Notes: generated by a model from the letters alone, not told the origin. Numbered from the stretch's first letter, positions 8,117-19,273 are shown. The stretch is 64,000 nt of DNA from an uncultured Oscillospiraceae bacterium (GCA_947169975.1 CAMVRT010000008.1:17823-81822); one strand, 5' to 3'. Numbers and translations are program-made.

Positions 8117-9148
8117 TCAGCCACGGTTGATGAGCTGGTTGCCGTCTATATACAGCGTATCGCCGTCGATGTACCAGCAGTCCCAGTCGCCGTCCATGGC
8201 CGCCTTGGAGTAGAAGTATACATAGGTGTGTTCATCAGATCTGATCCACTTCAGTATGTTGTCGCTGTCCACTTCATACCGGAATTCCCGCTCGTCGTCA
8301 TATGCCGTGACGGCATCATACTGTCCGCTGCCGTCGGATGCGAAGCTGTAGGTGACCTGATTGCCGTCGCTGTCATAGCCGACCCAGGTGCCGATCAGCG
8401 CGGTTTTCCTGTTGCTGACCGTGATCTTTTTATCCTGCGCCAGATTATAGTAGCCGAAAACCCCGTCATCCTCGTAGGCGGAAACATTCAGCTCCGCCCG
8501 GACCGTGTCGGAGATCCAGCAGCCTTCGCCGATGTCGAAGGTCCCGGAGCCCATTTTCTCATAGGGCTTCATGCTCTTCTCGCTCTTTCCGCCGCCCAGC
8601 GTCTTTTCCAGGCCCAGAATGATGGCCCGTTTGCAGTTGTATTCGGCGGGAGTCGTCTCATAAAAATTGATGTATATGGCCTGCACCTTTTCCTCATCAT
8701 CGTCCGGATTGAAGTAGAACGTCACATTCCGGGCGTCCTCACCCTTCAGCTTGATCTTCAGGATGGCTGCTATGTTTTTCTCCCCGGTCTCCTCGTCCTC
8801 CTCTTCCTCTACATCCACCACCTTGACCGACTCCGCGTCGATGTTCCTGCAGACCTTGTCCAGGAACTTTTCCGCGTCGGATGTGGTGAAGTCGATGTCA
8901 AAGGACCTGGCGCCGATCTTGCCGCCCAGCACCAGGATCAGCACCACCGCTGCCGCCGCGATCAGGGTCACGCCGCCGGCGATGATGCCGATGAGCGCGC
9001 CCTTGCTCAGTTTCTTTTTCGCCTTGCCGCCTGTGCCGGCGGCGGGTGCTGCCGGCACGTTCTCCTTCACGTCGGCGCCGCATTCCGGGCAGAACACAGA
9101 GTCGGCGGGGATCTCCTTGCCACACTGGGGACAAAATCTCTTTTCCAT
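8117..9148 (-). CDS. zinc-ribbon membrane protein (paralog of 6782-7948)
   Basis: MEKRFCPQCGKEIPADSVFCPECG, one TM segment, and a C-terminal LIGTW...DCWYIDGDTLYIDG module shared with the neighbouring gene. Confidence 0.75.
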   Translation of the reverse strand: MEKRFCPQCGKEIPADSVFCPECGADVKENVPAAPAAGTGGKAKKKLSKGALIGIIAGGVTLIAAAAVVLILVLGGKIGARSFDIDFTTSDAEKFLDKVCRNIDAESVKVVDVEEEEDEETGEKNIAAILKIKLKGEDARNVTFYFNPDDDEEKVQAIYINFYETTPAEYNCKRAIILGLEKTLGGGKSEKSMKPYEKMGSGTFDIGEGCWISDTVRAELNVSAYEDDGVFGYYNLAQDKKITVSNRKTALIGTWVGYDSDGNQVTYSFASDGSGQYDAVTAYDDEREFRYEVDSDNILKWIRSDEHTYVYFYSKAAMDGDWDCWYIDGDTLYIDGNQLINRG

Positions 9149-9360
9149 CCGTTTTTTCTCCTTTCTGTTTCCCGCGGAAGCGTCGTCCGCAGACTATAAC
9201 TGTACTATACCACATTCTTTTGCAAAATGTGTGGGCTTTTGGCCCAATTTCGGCGCTTTTTTCACTTTTTTGTTTGTTTTCCGGTCAGGTCGGCGGTTTT
9301 CGCCGGGCGGATCGGCCGCGCAAGTCCCAACAATCCAAGCCTTCCCCCGAAAACTCCCCC

Positions 9361-9389
9361 TTGCCAACCGCCGCGCATTGTGCTATCAT
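9361..9389 (+). promoter_or_regulatory. sigmaA-type promoter upstream of the FMN riboswitch
   Basis: TTGCCA, 17 nt, TGC-TATCAT. Confidence 0.5.
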
Positions 9390-9409
9390 ACGCGGTGGAA
9401 ACAACTGAA

Positions 9410-9532
9410 TCGTTTGTCTTCGGGGCGGGGTGAAAGTCCCCACCGGCGGTACAGTCCGCGAGCGGCCAAAAGCCGCAGGAACCGGTGTGATTCCGGTACC
9501 GACAGTCACAGTCTGGATGAGAGAAGGCGTGT
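9410..9532 (+). promoter_or_regulatory. FMN riboswitch (RFN element)
   Basis: Contains the conserved RFN core blocks, namely cttcggggcggggtgaaagtccccaccggcggt, agtccgcgagc, ccggtgtgattccggtaccgacagt and agtctggatgagagaagg. A riboflavin transporter gene follows. Confidence 0.9.
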
Positions 9533-9624
9533 ACGGCATTTTTGTGATGCTCTTTTTGGATGCGTGCACCTTGGAAGGCAGATGTCTTTCAGGGGTTATC
9601 ACATCGAAAAGGAGCGTATTTTTT

Positions 9625-10233
9625 ATGTCCAAAACCAACAAAAAGACCCACCGCCTGGCGGTGGCGGCCATGCTGACGGCGGTAGCCTTCGGCTTGCAGT
9701 TCGTGGAGACAGCCATCCCCATCATGCCCGGCTTTGTGAAGCTGGATATCTCCGACCTCCCCGCCCTGCTGGGCACCTTTGCTCTGGGCCCGGTGTGGGG
9801 CGTGGCGATCCAGCTGGCCAAGAACCTGCTGCACCTGCCCTTTGGCAGCTCGGCGGGCGTGGGCGAGCTGTGCAACTTCCTGCTGGGCGGCGTGTTCGTA
9901 CTGGTGGCCGGTCTGCTCTATCGCCGCCGCAAGACCCGCTGGACAGCGCTGATCGGCTCTATCCTGGGCGCGGTGGCCATGGCGCTTGCGAGCCTGCCGC
10001 TGAACTACTACTTCGTCTATCCGGCCTATATCAAGATCCTCCATTTCCCGCTGCCGGCCATCATCGGGGCGTATCAGGCCATTCTGGGCTCCATTGCGGA
10101 GATCCCCACGAAGGACGCCCTGCTCAACTGCCTGCTGGTGTTCAACGTGCCCTTCACGCTGGCCAAGGGACTCATCGACGTGCTGATCTGCTTCTTCATC
10201 TACAAGCCCCTGAGCCCCCTGCTGCACAAGTAA
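9625..10233 (+). CDS. ribU: riboflavin transporter, ECF S-component
   Basis: Start ATG 9625 after AAAAGGAG. The protein has 5-6 TM segments (LAVAAMLTAVAFGLQFVE...KLDISDLPALLG). It is controlled by the FMN riboswitch. Confidence 0.85.
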   Translation: MSKTNKKTHRLAVAAMLTAVAFGLQFVETAIPIMPGFVKLDISDLPALLGTFALGPVWGVAIQLAKNLLHLPFGSSAGVGELCNFLLGGVFVLVAGLLYRRRKTRWTALIGSILGAVAMALASLPLNYYFVYPAYIKILHFPLPAIIGAYQAILGSIAEIPTKDALLNCLLVFNVPFTLAKGLIDVLICFFIYKPLSPLLHK

Positions 10234-10316
10234 AGAAAAGCCTTCTCCCTCCGGGAGAAGGTGCCCCCGAAGGGGGCGGATGAGGGGCAAAACACCCCGG
10301 AAAGGACTATTCCATT

Positions 10317-10913
10317 ATGAAGCATCTGCTCATCACCGGCTTTGATCCCTTCGGCGGCGAATCGGTCAACCCCTCCTGGGAGGCGGTCAGCGCCCTGCCG
10401 GAAACCATGGGAGATATCGCCATCCATAAGCTGCAGCTGCCCACGGTGTTCGGCAAGGCCCCCGCCGCGGTGCTGGAGCGCGTCGACGCGCTGCAGCCCG
10501 ACGCGGTGCTGTCGGTGGGTCAGGCCGGCGGACGCACCGGCGTGACGGTGGAATACGTGGCTATCAACCTGCGCCACGCCCGCATCGCCGACAACGCCGG
10601 CAAGGCGCCCCAGGATCAGCCCATCGTCCCCGGCGGCCCGGCGGCGTATTTCGCCACCGTTCCCGTACGGAAGATGACGGCGGCGGCAGAGGCGGCGGGG
10701 ATCCCCTGCGCGGTCAGCTACACGGCGGGCACCTTCGTGTGCAACGAGGTGCTCTACTCCCTGCTGCACCGCTTCACCGGCGGCCCCACGCTGGCCGGGT
10801 TCATCCACCTGCCGTATCTCCCGGAGCAGGCCACCGGCGGCCAGCCCTCCCTGCCGCTTTGCGACATGGTCAAGGCACTGGAGGCCTCCATCGCCGCGAT
10901 ATCTGCGGAGTAA
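10317..10913 (+). CDS. pcp: pyroglutamyl-peptidase I
   Basis: Motifs ITGFDPFGGESVNPSW, VGQAGGR, GTFVCNEVLY (catalytic Cys) and IHLPY. Confidence 0.9.
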   Translation: MKHLLITGFDPFGGESVNPSWEAVSALPETMGDIAIHKLQLPTVFGKAPAAVLERVDALQPDAVLSVGQAGGRTGVTVEYVAINLRHARIADNAGKAPQDQPIVPGGPAAYFATVPVRKMTAAAEAAGIPCAVSYTAGTFVCNEVLYSLLHRFTGGPTLAGFIHLPYLPEQATGGQPSLPLCDMVKALEASIAAISAE

Positions 10914-10940
10914 TAATGCCTTCCCCCTCCGGGGGAAGGT

Positions 10941-11260
10941 CAGTTTGTCAAAAAAGCCTCGCAGATAAGTGAGTGCCCAAATCTCTGATTTGGCTGCACG
11001 AACTAATGCGTTAGCTGTTCGCGCCGCGCACGGCGCGAAGAGTTGAGATCGTATTTTGCCGCGGCGTTACGTGAGCGCCCAAATCTTTGATTTGGCTGCG
11101 CGAACTAATGCATGCGAGCGAAGCGAGTCGTAGTACGTGGCAAAATACACCTCTCAGACTACGAAGTGTGCGAATTGTCCGCCATTGGCGGACAATGAGT
11201 GCGCGCAGTAGGCTGCAAGCCTTTTGTCAAAAAACGGCATTGCCGTTTTTTGACAGTCTC
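10941..11260 (+). mobile_element. family-C MITE-like element, copy 2 (subtype a, 320 bp)
   Basis: The ends carry an inverted TGTCAAAAAA motif (cagtttgtcaaaaaagcc ... ccgttttttgacagtctc). It is flanked by the identical 20-mer gccttccccctccgggggaa at 10918-10937 and 11261-11280. There is no coding capacity. Confidence 0.45.
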
Positions 11261-11425
11261 GCCTTCCCCCTCCGGGGGAAATCAGCGACGCGCCGCCAGC
11301 GGCGGGAGAAGCGAGCTGATTTCGAGGATGGCCCCCGCCTGTCGCGACCGACGGGAGCGAGAGGCGGCTGGGCCGACGGTGGGCAAGAGGTGGCGCGAAG
11401 CGCCGGATGAGGGGGCAGATACAAC
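11261..11425 (+). repeat. B-long hairpin-module repeat
   Basis: Same module series as 2934-3112 and 27797-27960. Confidence 0.7.
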
Positions 11426-11426
11426 C

Positions 11427-11456
11427 CAAAAGCGGAGAGCAGCTGCTCTCCGCTTT
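11427..11456 (-). terminator. bidirectional hairpin terminator downstream of sigK
   Basis: aaaagcggagagcagctgctctccgcttttt. Confidence 0.7.
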
Positions 11457-11458
11457 TT

Positions 11459-12154
11459 CTATTCCGCCTTCCCCTCCATGGCCTCCTTCAGCTTTTCCAG
11501 TGCCTTTTTCTCGATGCGGGAGACGTAGGAGCGGCTGATGCCGTACTTCTTGGCCACCTCCCGCTGGGTCAGAGGCGCACGGCCGCACAGCCCGTAGCGC
11601 AGGCGGATCACGTCGGCCTCCCGCTCGGTGAGGCAGGCGTTTACCAGCGCGCGCACCAGCACCCGGTCGTCCCGGTCCTGCAGGTCGGAGAGCATGGTGT
11701 CCTCGGTGCCGATGACGTCCATGAGGTAGAGAGAGTCGCCGTCCCCCTCCCCCTCGATGGCGTCGTTGAGGGACACCTCCCCCTGGAGCTTGCGCTGGGA
11801 GCGGAAGAACATGAGGATCTCGTTTTCGATGCACCGGGCGGCGTAGGTAGCAAGGCGGATGTTTTTGTCCGGCCGGAAGGTGTTGACGGCTTTGATGAGC
11901 CCGATGGTGCCGATGGAGATGAGATCGTCCTGATTGTCGGCCTGGGTATAGTACTTCTTGACGATGTGAACCACGAGGCGCAGGTTGTGCTCCACCAGCT
12001 CGTTGCGGGCGTCCAGATCGCCGTTGGCGCACCGCTCCAGACACGCGCGCTCCTCGGCGGCGGACAGAGGCCGCGGGAACGAGCCGGGATTGCCCGCCAG
12101 ACGAAGCGAGAGAAAGAGACTGTTGGCCAGCAGCAGAAGTGCCGCAGAGATCAT
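11459..12154 (-). CDS. sigK: RNA polymerase sporulation sigma factor SigK (pro-sigma-K)
   Basis: Start ATG 12154 after AAAGGAGGGGG. FPRPLSAAEERACLERCANGDLDARNELVEHNLRLVVHIVKKY, DLISIGTIGLIKA, ATYAARCIENEILM and ISRSYVSRIEKKAL match B. subtilis SigK better than SigE. There is a short hydrophobic pro-sequence. The gene is uninterrupted. Confidence 0.85.
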   Translation of the reverse strand: MISAALLLLANSLFLSLRLAGNPGSFPRPLSAAEERACLERCANGDLDARNELVEHNLRLVVHIVKKYYTQADNQDDLISIGTIGLIKAVNTFRPDKNIRLATYAARCIENEILMFFRSQRKLQGEVSLNDAIEGEGDGDSLYLMDVIGTEDTMLSDLQDRDDRVLVRALVNACLTEREADVIRLRYGLCGRAPLTQREVAKKYGISRSYVSRIEKKALEKLKEAMEGKAE

Positions 12155-12214
12155 TTGGAACCCCCTCCTTTGAAGGTATCCTATGACGCCATGGGAAGTC
12201 CCTATACCGTCGGC

Positions 12215-12600
12215 GGAGAAGACGGATTCCCACGTCGGTCTGTCGCCCTCCTCGGAATGACGGATGCGTCTGTCATTCCGAGCCGCAAAGCGGCCGTCTC
12301 CACCGGGAGGGGACAGAGCCCCTCCCCTACGATATCCCCGTTTCATTTTCACCGTAGGGGCGGGCCTCTGCGCCCGCCCAACGCGGCAATCCGTCATTAT
12401 TCCCCCTGTCATTGCGAGCCGCAAAGCGGCGCGGCAATCCGTCATGCCCCTCTGTCATTCCGAGCCGCAAAGCGGCGCGGCGATCCGTCATACCTCCCTG
12501 TCATTGCAAGACCCCAACGCTGCCGCGGCAATCCGTCATTATCCCCCCAAGCCTTCCCCCTGGGGGGAAGGTGGCACGGCGAAGCCGTGACGGATGAGGG
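12215..12600 (+). repeat. 385-bp stack of D, A (x4), E and B hairpin modules upstream of sigK
   Basis: Includes three head-to-tail A units at 12406-12540. It also has an E unit (gggaggggacagagcccctcccctacgatatccccgtttc...gtaggggcgggcctctgcgcccgccc), which is also found at 17037-17120. Confidence 0.75.
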
Positions 12601-12610
12601 GAAATACGAC

Positions 12611-12638
12611 AAAAGGCGGAGGTCACCCTCCGCCTTTT
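12611..12638 (-). terminator. hairpin terminator (bidirectional)
   Basis: aaaaggcggaggtcaccctccgcctttt. It is separated from the tspO stop by family-C copy 3. Confidence 0.6.
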
Positions 12639-12640
12639 CG

Positions 12641-12812
12641 GCATCGCAGATTTCGCGTCCGCAGACGCGAAGGAATATAATCATTTTTCGCCGCGGCGTG
12701 TACGTGGCGAAAAATACCTCTCGCCCTGCAAGTGTGCGAGCGTCTCCCGCAAGCGAGTGCGCGCAGCAGGGTGCAAGCCCTTCTCGCCCGAAATCCTCAG
12801 ATTTCGGGCGAA
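12641..12812 (+). repeat. family-C element, copy 3 (subtype b, short form)
   Basis: Shares its ends and the gtacgtggc(g/a)aaaa..acctctc..agtgtgcga..gagtgcgcgcagcagggtgcaa core with copy 1. It abuts the tspO stop codon. Confidence 0.65.
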
Positions 12813-12813
12813 A

Positions 12814-13287
12814 TCAGTTCAGTATCCAAACCCCCAGATTCAGATACAGGGCGAAGGTCACCCACACCAGATACGGGATCTGGAGCCGTGCCGAGAGCGG
12901 GTCGATCTTCCGCCAGGAGAGGATCATCAGCACGATCAGCGCCCACAGGGCCAGGAGCCACACAAAGGCGAAGCCGAAGGCCTGGAGGTTGAAGAAGATG
13001 ATGCTCCAGAAGAAGTTGAAGATGAGCTGCAGCCAGAACAGCCGCCGGGCCCGTGTCCGCTCCGGTGATGGCTCGGCGTCGAAGATCCGGGCCGCACCGA
13101 AGCCCAGCAGGGCGTAGAGGACGGTCCACACGATGGGGAACACCGCGCCGGGCGGCGACAGCGGCGGCTTGACAAAAGTCTTGCCGTAGAGCCGTGCGCT
13201 GTCCCGGGTCAGGAATCCCGCCAGCGCGCCTACCGCCTCGGTCAGTCCGATCCAGAAGAGGTAGTTCTGCCACGTTGTCTTCTTCAT
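12814..13287 (-). CDS. tspO: TspO/MBR family tryptophan-rich sensory protein
   Basis: Start ATG 13287 (MKKTTWQNYLFWIG...). It has 5 TM segments and Trp-rich motifs PPLSPPGAVFPIVWTVLY, LFWLQLIFNFFWS and YLVWVTFA. Confidence 0.85.
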   Translation of the reverse strand: MKKTTWQNYLFWIGLTEAVGALAGFLTRDSARLYGKTFVKPPLSPPGAVFPIVWTVLYALLGFGAARIFDAEPSPERTRARRLFWLQLIFNFFWSIIFFNLQAFGFAFVWLLALWALIVLMILSWRKIDPLSARLQIPYLVWVTFALYLNLGVWILN

Positions 13288-13508
13288 ATCGTTCTCCCTT
13301 TCCTGTTTTTCCGGCGTCACGCTGCGGCGGGACCACCTCATCAGTCAGCCTGCCGGCTGACAGTTTCCCATTGAGGGGAAGCCTTTTCTGCACCGCAACG
13401 AAACGGTGATCCCCCCAAGCCTTCCCCCTGGGGGGAAGGTGTCACCGAAGGTGACGGATGAGGGGTATCTCCCCCGCTCGCCTTCAGCATATGCGCCGTG
13501 CCTTCCGA

Positions 13509-15467
13509 TCATGCCTCCAGCTCCGCCACGGTGTCCACGGCGGCGCGGCAGGCTCCGTCACGGCACAGGTAGTATTTGGCCCCGGTCTCCGGGATGGGGT
13601 ACTCCGCCGTGAATGGCGCGATCTCCGCCAGCTCTGCCGCCGTGTCCGTCGTCTTGACCAGTACCGTCAGATTGGGCCGCTCGCCCCGCCGGAGCAGTTC
13701 CGTCAGCTCCGGCGGCACGTCTCCCGCCGTACAGACCAGCTCCTCCCCGGGCCACAGGGCCTCCAGCATGGCCAGCAGGCCGAAGCTGTGTCCGCTGGGA
13801 TAGTCAGCGGCGGCTCCCGCCACGAAGGCCAGCTGCTTCTCCGACGCCTGACGCCATCGCTCCTCCCCGGTGAGCCGCCACAGCCGGTGGAGCACCAGGG
13901 CCGTCACGCTGTTGGCCGACGGCATGGCGCCGTCGTAGGTCTCCTTGTTCCGTGTGATGAGAGCTTCACCGTCCGAGGCGTAGGGATAGACCCCGCCGTG
14001 GTCCGCGTCGAGGAACCGCTCCAGCAGCTCCCCCGCCAGCTCACAGGCCCGGCGGAAATAGCGGGGGCGGAAGGTGGCGCCGTACAGCTCCAGAAGGCCC
14101 CAGACCAGCAGGGCGCAGTCCTCCGCCTGCGCGTCTACGGCAGCCTCCCCCTCCCGCCAGCGGCGCAGGAGCCGTCCCTTTTCGTCCCGGAGGTTTCCCT
14201 CCAGAAAAGCCGCCGCCTGTTCCGCCGCGTCCACATAGTCGCTCCGCTCCAGCAGGAGGCCGGCCCGGGCCAGGGCGGCCATCATCAGGCCGTTCCAGCC
14301 GGTAATGACCTTGTCGTCCCGCCCCAGCTCGCTGCGGCGCACACGGTAGGCCGCCAGCTTCTCCAGTTCCCCCGCCATCTCCTCGTCGGACGTCTCCCAG
14401 TCCCCGTCCACCGGCAGATGAGGGATGGGACAGGTGTCGGTGACGCCGAAGCGGCGGCAGAAGTCCCTACCGCCCTCCTCCAGCACGGCCTTCACCTCCG
14501 CCGGAGAAAGGCGGTAGAACCGCCCCTCCTCCCCGCCGCTGTCGGCGTCCTGGGCGCAGGCGAAGCCGCCCTCAGGGAGCCGCAGCTCCCGCAGCACGTA
14601 GTCCGCCGTGCGCCGTGCCGTCTCCCGCCAGACCTCCCGGCGGCTCATCTGCCACGCCTCGGCGTAGGCCAGGAGCAGCAGGGCGTTGTCGTAGAGCATC
14701 TTTTCATAGTGGGGCACCAGCCACTGCCGGTCGGTGCTGTAGCGGCAGAAGCCGCCGCCGATGTGGTCGAAGATGCCGCCCCGGTACATCCGCTCCAGCG
14801 TGGTCTCCGCCATCCGCGCCGCCCGCTTTACCCCGGTGAGCCGGGCATAGCGCAGCAGGAACAGCAGGTTGTGGCCCGCCGGGAACTTGGGCGCGGCGCC
14901 GAAGCCGCCCCACACCTCGTCAAAGGCCCGGGCGAACTCCGCCGCCCCCCGCTCCGCCAGAGCCCGGTCAGGCGCTCTGCCGTCCTTTTCCGCCCGGTGC
15001 AGCAGGGCCGTCAGCTCCCCGGCGGCGTCCGTCAGCCGCTGCCGGTCGGTTTTCCACAGCTGCTCCACCTGCTCCAAAAGGGAGATGAGCCGGGGCTTGG
15101 GCAGGTATGTCCCCGCCCAGAAGGGCTTGCCCTCGGGCGTCAGCAGCGCCGTCAAAGGCCAGCCGCCGGAGCCGTTGATGGCGAGGCAGGCGTCCATATA
15201 GGCCGCGTCCACGTCGGGCCGCTCCTCCCGGTCCACCTTCACCGCCACGAAGGCGCGGTTGATGACCGCCGCCGCCTCGTCGTCTTCAAAGGACTCCCGT
15301 GCCATCACATGGCACCAGTGGCAGGCGGCATAGCCGATAGAGAGGAAGACGGGCCTGTCCTCCCGCTTGGCCATGTCGAAGGCCGCCTGCCCCCACGGCA
15401 TCCAGTCCACCGGGTTGTGGGCGTGCTGGAGCAGATAGGGCGATTTTTCATATTGCAGTTGATTCAC
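13509..15467 (-). CDS. thioredoxin-domain protein, YyaL/DUF255 family (N-acylglucosamine-2-epimerase-like fold)
   Basis: [42 protein letters not shown]. Start set to GTG 15467 (6 nt after GGAGGTG) because upstream ATGs would overlap the divergent gene start at 15550. Confidence 0.85.
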   Translation of the reverse strand: MNQLQYEKSPYLLQHAHNPVDWMPWGQAAFDMAKREDRPVFLSIGYAACHWCHVMARESFEDDEAAAVINRAFVAVKVDREERPDVDAAYMDACLAINGSGGWPLTALLTPEGKPFWAGTYLPKPRLISLLEQVEQLWKTDRQRLTDAAGELTALLHRAEKDGRAPDRALAERGAAEFARAFDEVWGGFGAAPKFPAGHNLLFLLRYARLTGVKRAARMAETTLERMYRGGIFDHIGGGFCRYSTDRQWLVPHYEKMLYDNALLLLAYAEAWQMSRREVWRETARRTADYVLRELRLPEGGFACAQDADSGGEEGRFYRLSPAEVKAVLEEGGRDFCRRFGVTDTCPIPHLPVDGDWETSDEEMAGELEKLAAYRVRRSELGRDDKVITGWNGLMMAALARAGLLLERSDYVDAAEQAAAFLEGNLRDEKGRLLRRWREGEAAVDAQAEDCALLVWGLLELYGATFRPRYFRRACELAGELLERFLDADHGGVYPYASDGEALITRNKETYDGAMPSANSVTALVLHRLWRLTGEERWRQASEKQLAFVAGAAADYPSGHSFGLLAMLEALWPGEELVCTAGDVPPELTELLRRGERPNLTVLVKTTDTAAELAEIAPFTAEYPIPETGAKYYLCRDGACRAAVDTVAELEA

Positions 15468-15549
15468 GGTGACCACCTCCGTTTGTACCGTATATTTTCC
15501 GCCTCCCGCCGCCAAACTATACACAACTTTTTTCCGGGAGGTCACGCGT

Positions 15550-16986
15550 ATGTTGTCCATCTGGCAGCAAAACTGTACCATTCCGCCCCGCCGGCCCCTG
15601 CCCGGCGACGTCGAGACGGAGATCGCCGTCATCGGCGCCGGTTTGGCAGGGATCCTCATCGCCGACGCGCTGCAAAGGGCGGGCCACCGCGTGCTGGTGC
15701 TGGAGGCCGACCGGATCGGCTCCGGCCAGACCGGGCGCACCACCGCCAAGATCACGTCCCAGCACGGCCTCATTTACGGCAAGCTGATCCGCGCACTGGG
15801 CCGGGAGCGGGCGTCGCAGTACGCCCGGATGAACCGGCAGGCCGTGGAGGAGTACGCCGCCGTGATCCGCAGCCGGGGCATCGACTGCGATTTTGAGGTG
15901 GAGAGCAATTACGTCTACGGCTCCGATCCCGTTGCCGTCCGGGCCGAGGCGGAGGCCGCCGCGTCGCTGGGCCTCCCGGCGGCGTACACCGAGGACATTC
16001 CCAAGCCCATTCCGGCGCTGGCGGCGGTGCGGTTTGACGGACAGGCCCAGTTCCACCCGCTGAAGTTTTTGGCAGCGGTGGCTGCGGATCTGACCGTTTA
16101 TGAGCATACCCGGGTGCAGGCGGTGGACGACCGTTTGCTGATCACGGACCGGGGCATGGTACGCGCGGAAAAGATCGTCTTCGCCTGCCATTTCCCCATC
16201 GTCAACTTCCCCGGCCTCTATTTTGCCCGGATGCACCAGGAGCGCTCCTACGTCATCGCCCTGAAGAACGTCAAAGCGCCGGAGGGCATGTGGGTCAGCG
16301 CGGAGAAGGGTGGTTATTCCTTCCGCACGTGGGGCGATACGCTGCTGCTGGGCGGCGGCGGACACCGCACCGGGCAGAACAAAGAAGGCGGACGGTACGA
16401 CGACCTGCGGCAGAAGGCGGCGGCGTGGTTCCCCGGCAGCCGGGAGGCGGCCCACTGGTCGGCCCAGGACTGCATGACCCCCGACGGCGCGCCCTATATC
16501 GGCGTCTTCTCCCCCAACCGGCCGGACTGGTTTGTGACCACCGGCTTTCGCAAGTGGGGCATGACCTCGTCCATGGTGTCGGCGCTGCTGCTGCGGGATC
16601 TGATGGAGGGCAAGCCCCATCCCGCGGCCGCGGCCTTTGATCCCGGGCGGTTCAACGTGGCCACGGTGCTGGGCGTGGCGGCGGAGACGGGCCATGCCGC
16701 CGCGGGGCTGGGCAAGAGCGTGTTTCACATCCCCTTTACCGCCGCGGACAGTCTCGGTCCCGGCGAGGCGGGGATGGTGCGGCTGGACGGCCGGAAGGCC
16801 GCCGTCAGCCGGGACGGCGACGGCAGCTTCCGGGCCGTGTCCCCCCGGTGCCCCCATCTGGGCTGTGAGCTGACGTGGAACGCCGACGAGCAGACCTGGG
16901 ACTGTCCCTGCCACGGCTCCCGGTTCGACCCATGCGGCAATCTGCTGAACGATCCCGCCCAGACGCCGCTGAAGCAGGTGAAATAA
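15550..16986 (+). CDS. FAD-dependent oxidoreductase with C-terminal Rieske [2Fe-2S] domain (YhfW-like)
   Basis: Start ATG 15550 after GGGAGG. Has [12 protein letters not shown] dinucleotide fold and C-terminal CPHLGC...CPCHGSRF. Confidence 0.8.
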   Translation: MLSIWQQNCTIPPRRPLPGDVETEIAVIGAGLAGILIADALQRAGHRVLVLEADRIGSGQTGRTTAKITSQHGLIYGKLIRALGRERASQYARMNRQAVEEYAAVIRSRGIDCDFEVESNYVYGSDPVAVRAEAEAAASLGLPAAYTEDIPKPIPALAAVRFDGQAQFHPLKFLAAVAADLTVYEHTRVQAVDDRLLITDRGMVRAEKIVFACHFPIVNFPGLYFARMHQERSYVIALKNVKAPEGMWVSAEKGGYSFRTWGDTLLLGGGGHRTGQNKEGGRYDDLRQKAAAWFPGSREAAHWSAQDCMTPDGAPYIGVFSPNRPDWFVTTGFRKWGMTSSMVSALLLRDLMEGKPHPAAAAFDPGRFNVATVLGVAAETGHAAAGLGKSVFHIPFTAADSLGPGEAGMVRLDGRKAAVSRDGDGSFRAVSPRCPHLGCELTWNADEQTWDCPCHGSRFDPCGNLLNDPAQTPLKQVK

Positions 16987-16987
16987 G

Positions 16988-17125
16988 CGTTTGTCATTGC
17001 GCGGCCAGTTCGCAAACTGGCCGCGGCGATCCGTATGCCCCGGGAGGGGGCAGAGCCCCTCCCCTACGATATCCCCGTTTCGTTTTTCACCGTAGGGGCG
17101 GGCCTCTGCGCCCGCCCGACACGTC
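16988..17125 (+). repeat. A plus E hairpin modules
   Basis: gtcattgcgcggccagttcgcaaactggccgcggcgatccg, followed by the E unit shared with 12296-12385. Confidence 0.7.
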
Positions 17126-17129
17126 ACAC

Positions 17130-17160
17130 AAAAAACACCCCCGGGACACGCGTCCCGGGG
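17130..17160 (-). terminator. rho-independent terminator
   Basis: Minus strand: ccccgggacgcgtgtcccgggg followed by gtgtttttt. Confidence 0.75.
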
Positions 17161-17185
17161 ATGCCAAATTACATTTACAACAGCT

Positions 17186-19183
<1,998 letters not shown>

Positions 19184-19273
19184 GATATCTTCTCCTTTGA
19201 TCAGCCCCATACCGGGGGAAAATGAAAACCGACCGGAAAATCGAAAAAAGTGCAAAGTCCTGCTATTATGGTC

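Noticed and set aside
10918-10937. Hairpin after pcp considered as its intrinsic terminator.
   Set aside because: The stem is good but there is no U tract (it is followed by ggtcagtttg). I treat it as a B-type module or the duplicated target of the family-C element.
11459-12445. Possible N-terminally extended or interrupted sigK (a 328-aa ORF, or a skin-like element).
   Set aside because: The extension runs through repeat modules. A strong RBS precedes ATG 12154, giving a normal pro-sigma-K length. There is no recombinase or large insertion.
12406-12540. Three head-to-tail units of about 45 bp (ctgtcatt(g/c)cgag..caatccgtcat) resembling a mini CRISPR or satellite.
   Set aside because: There are no unique spacers between units. 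The unit is the dispersed A hairpin module found throughout the window.
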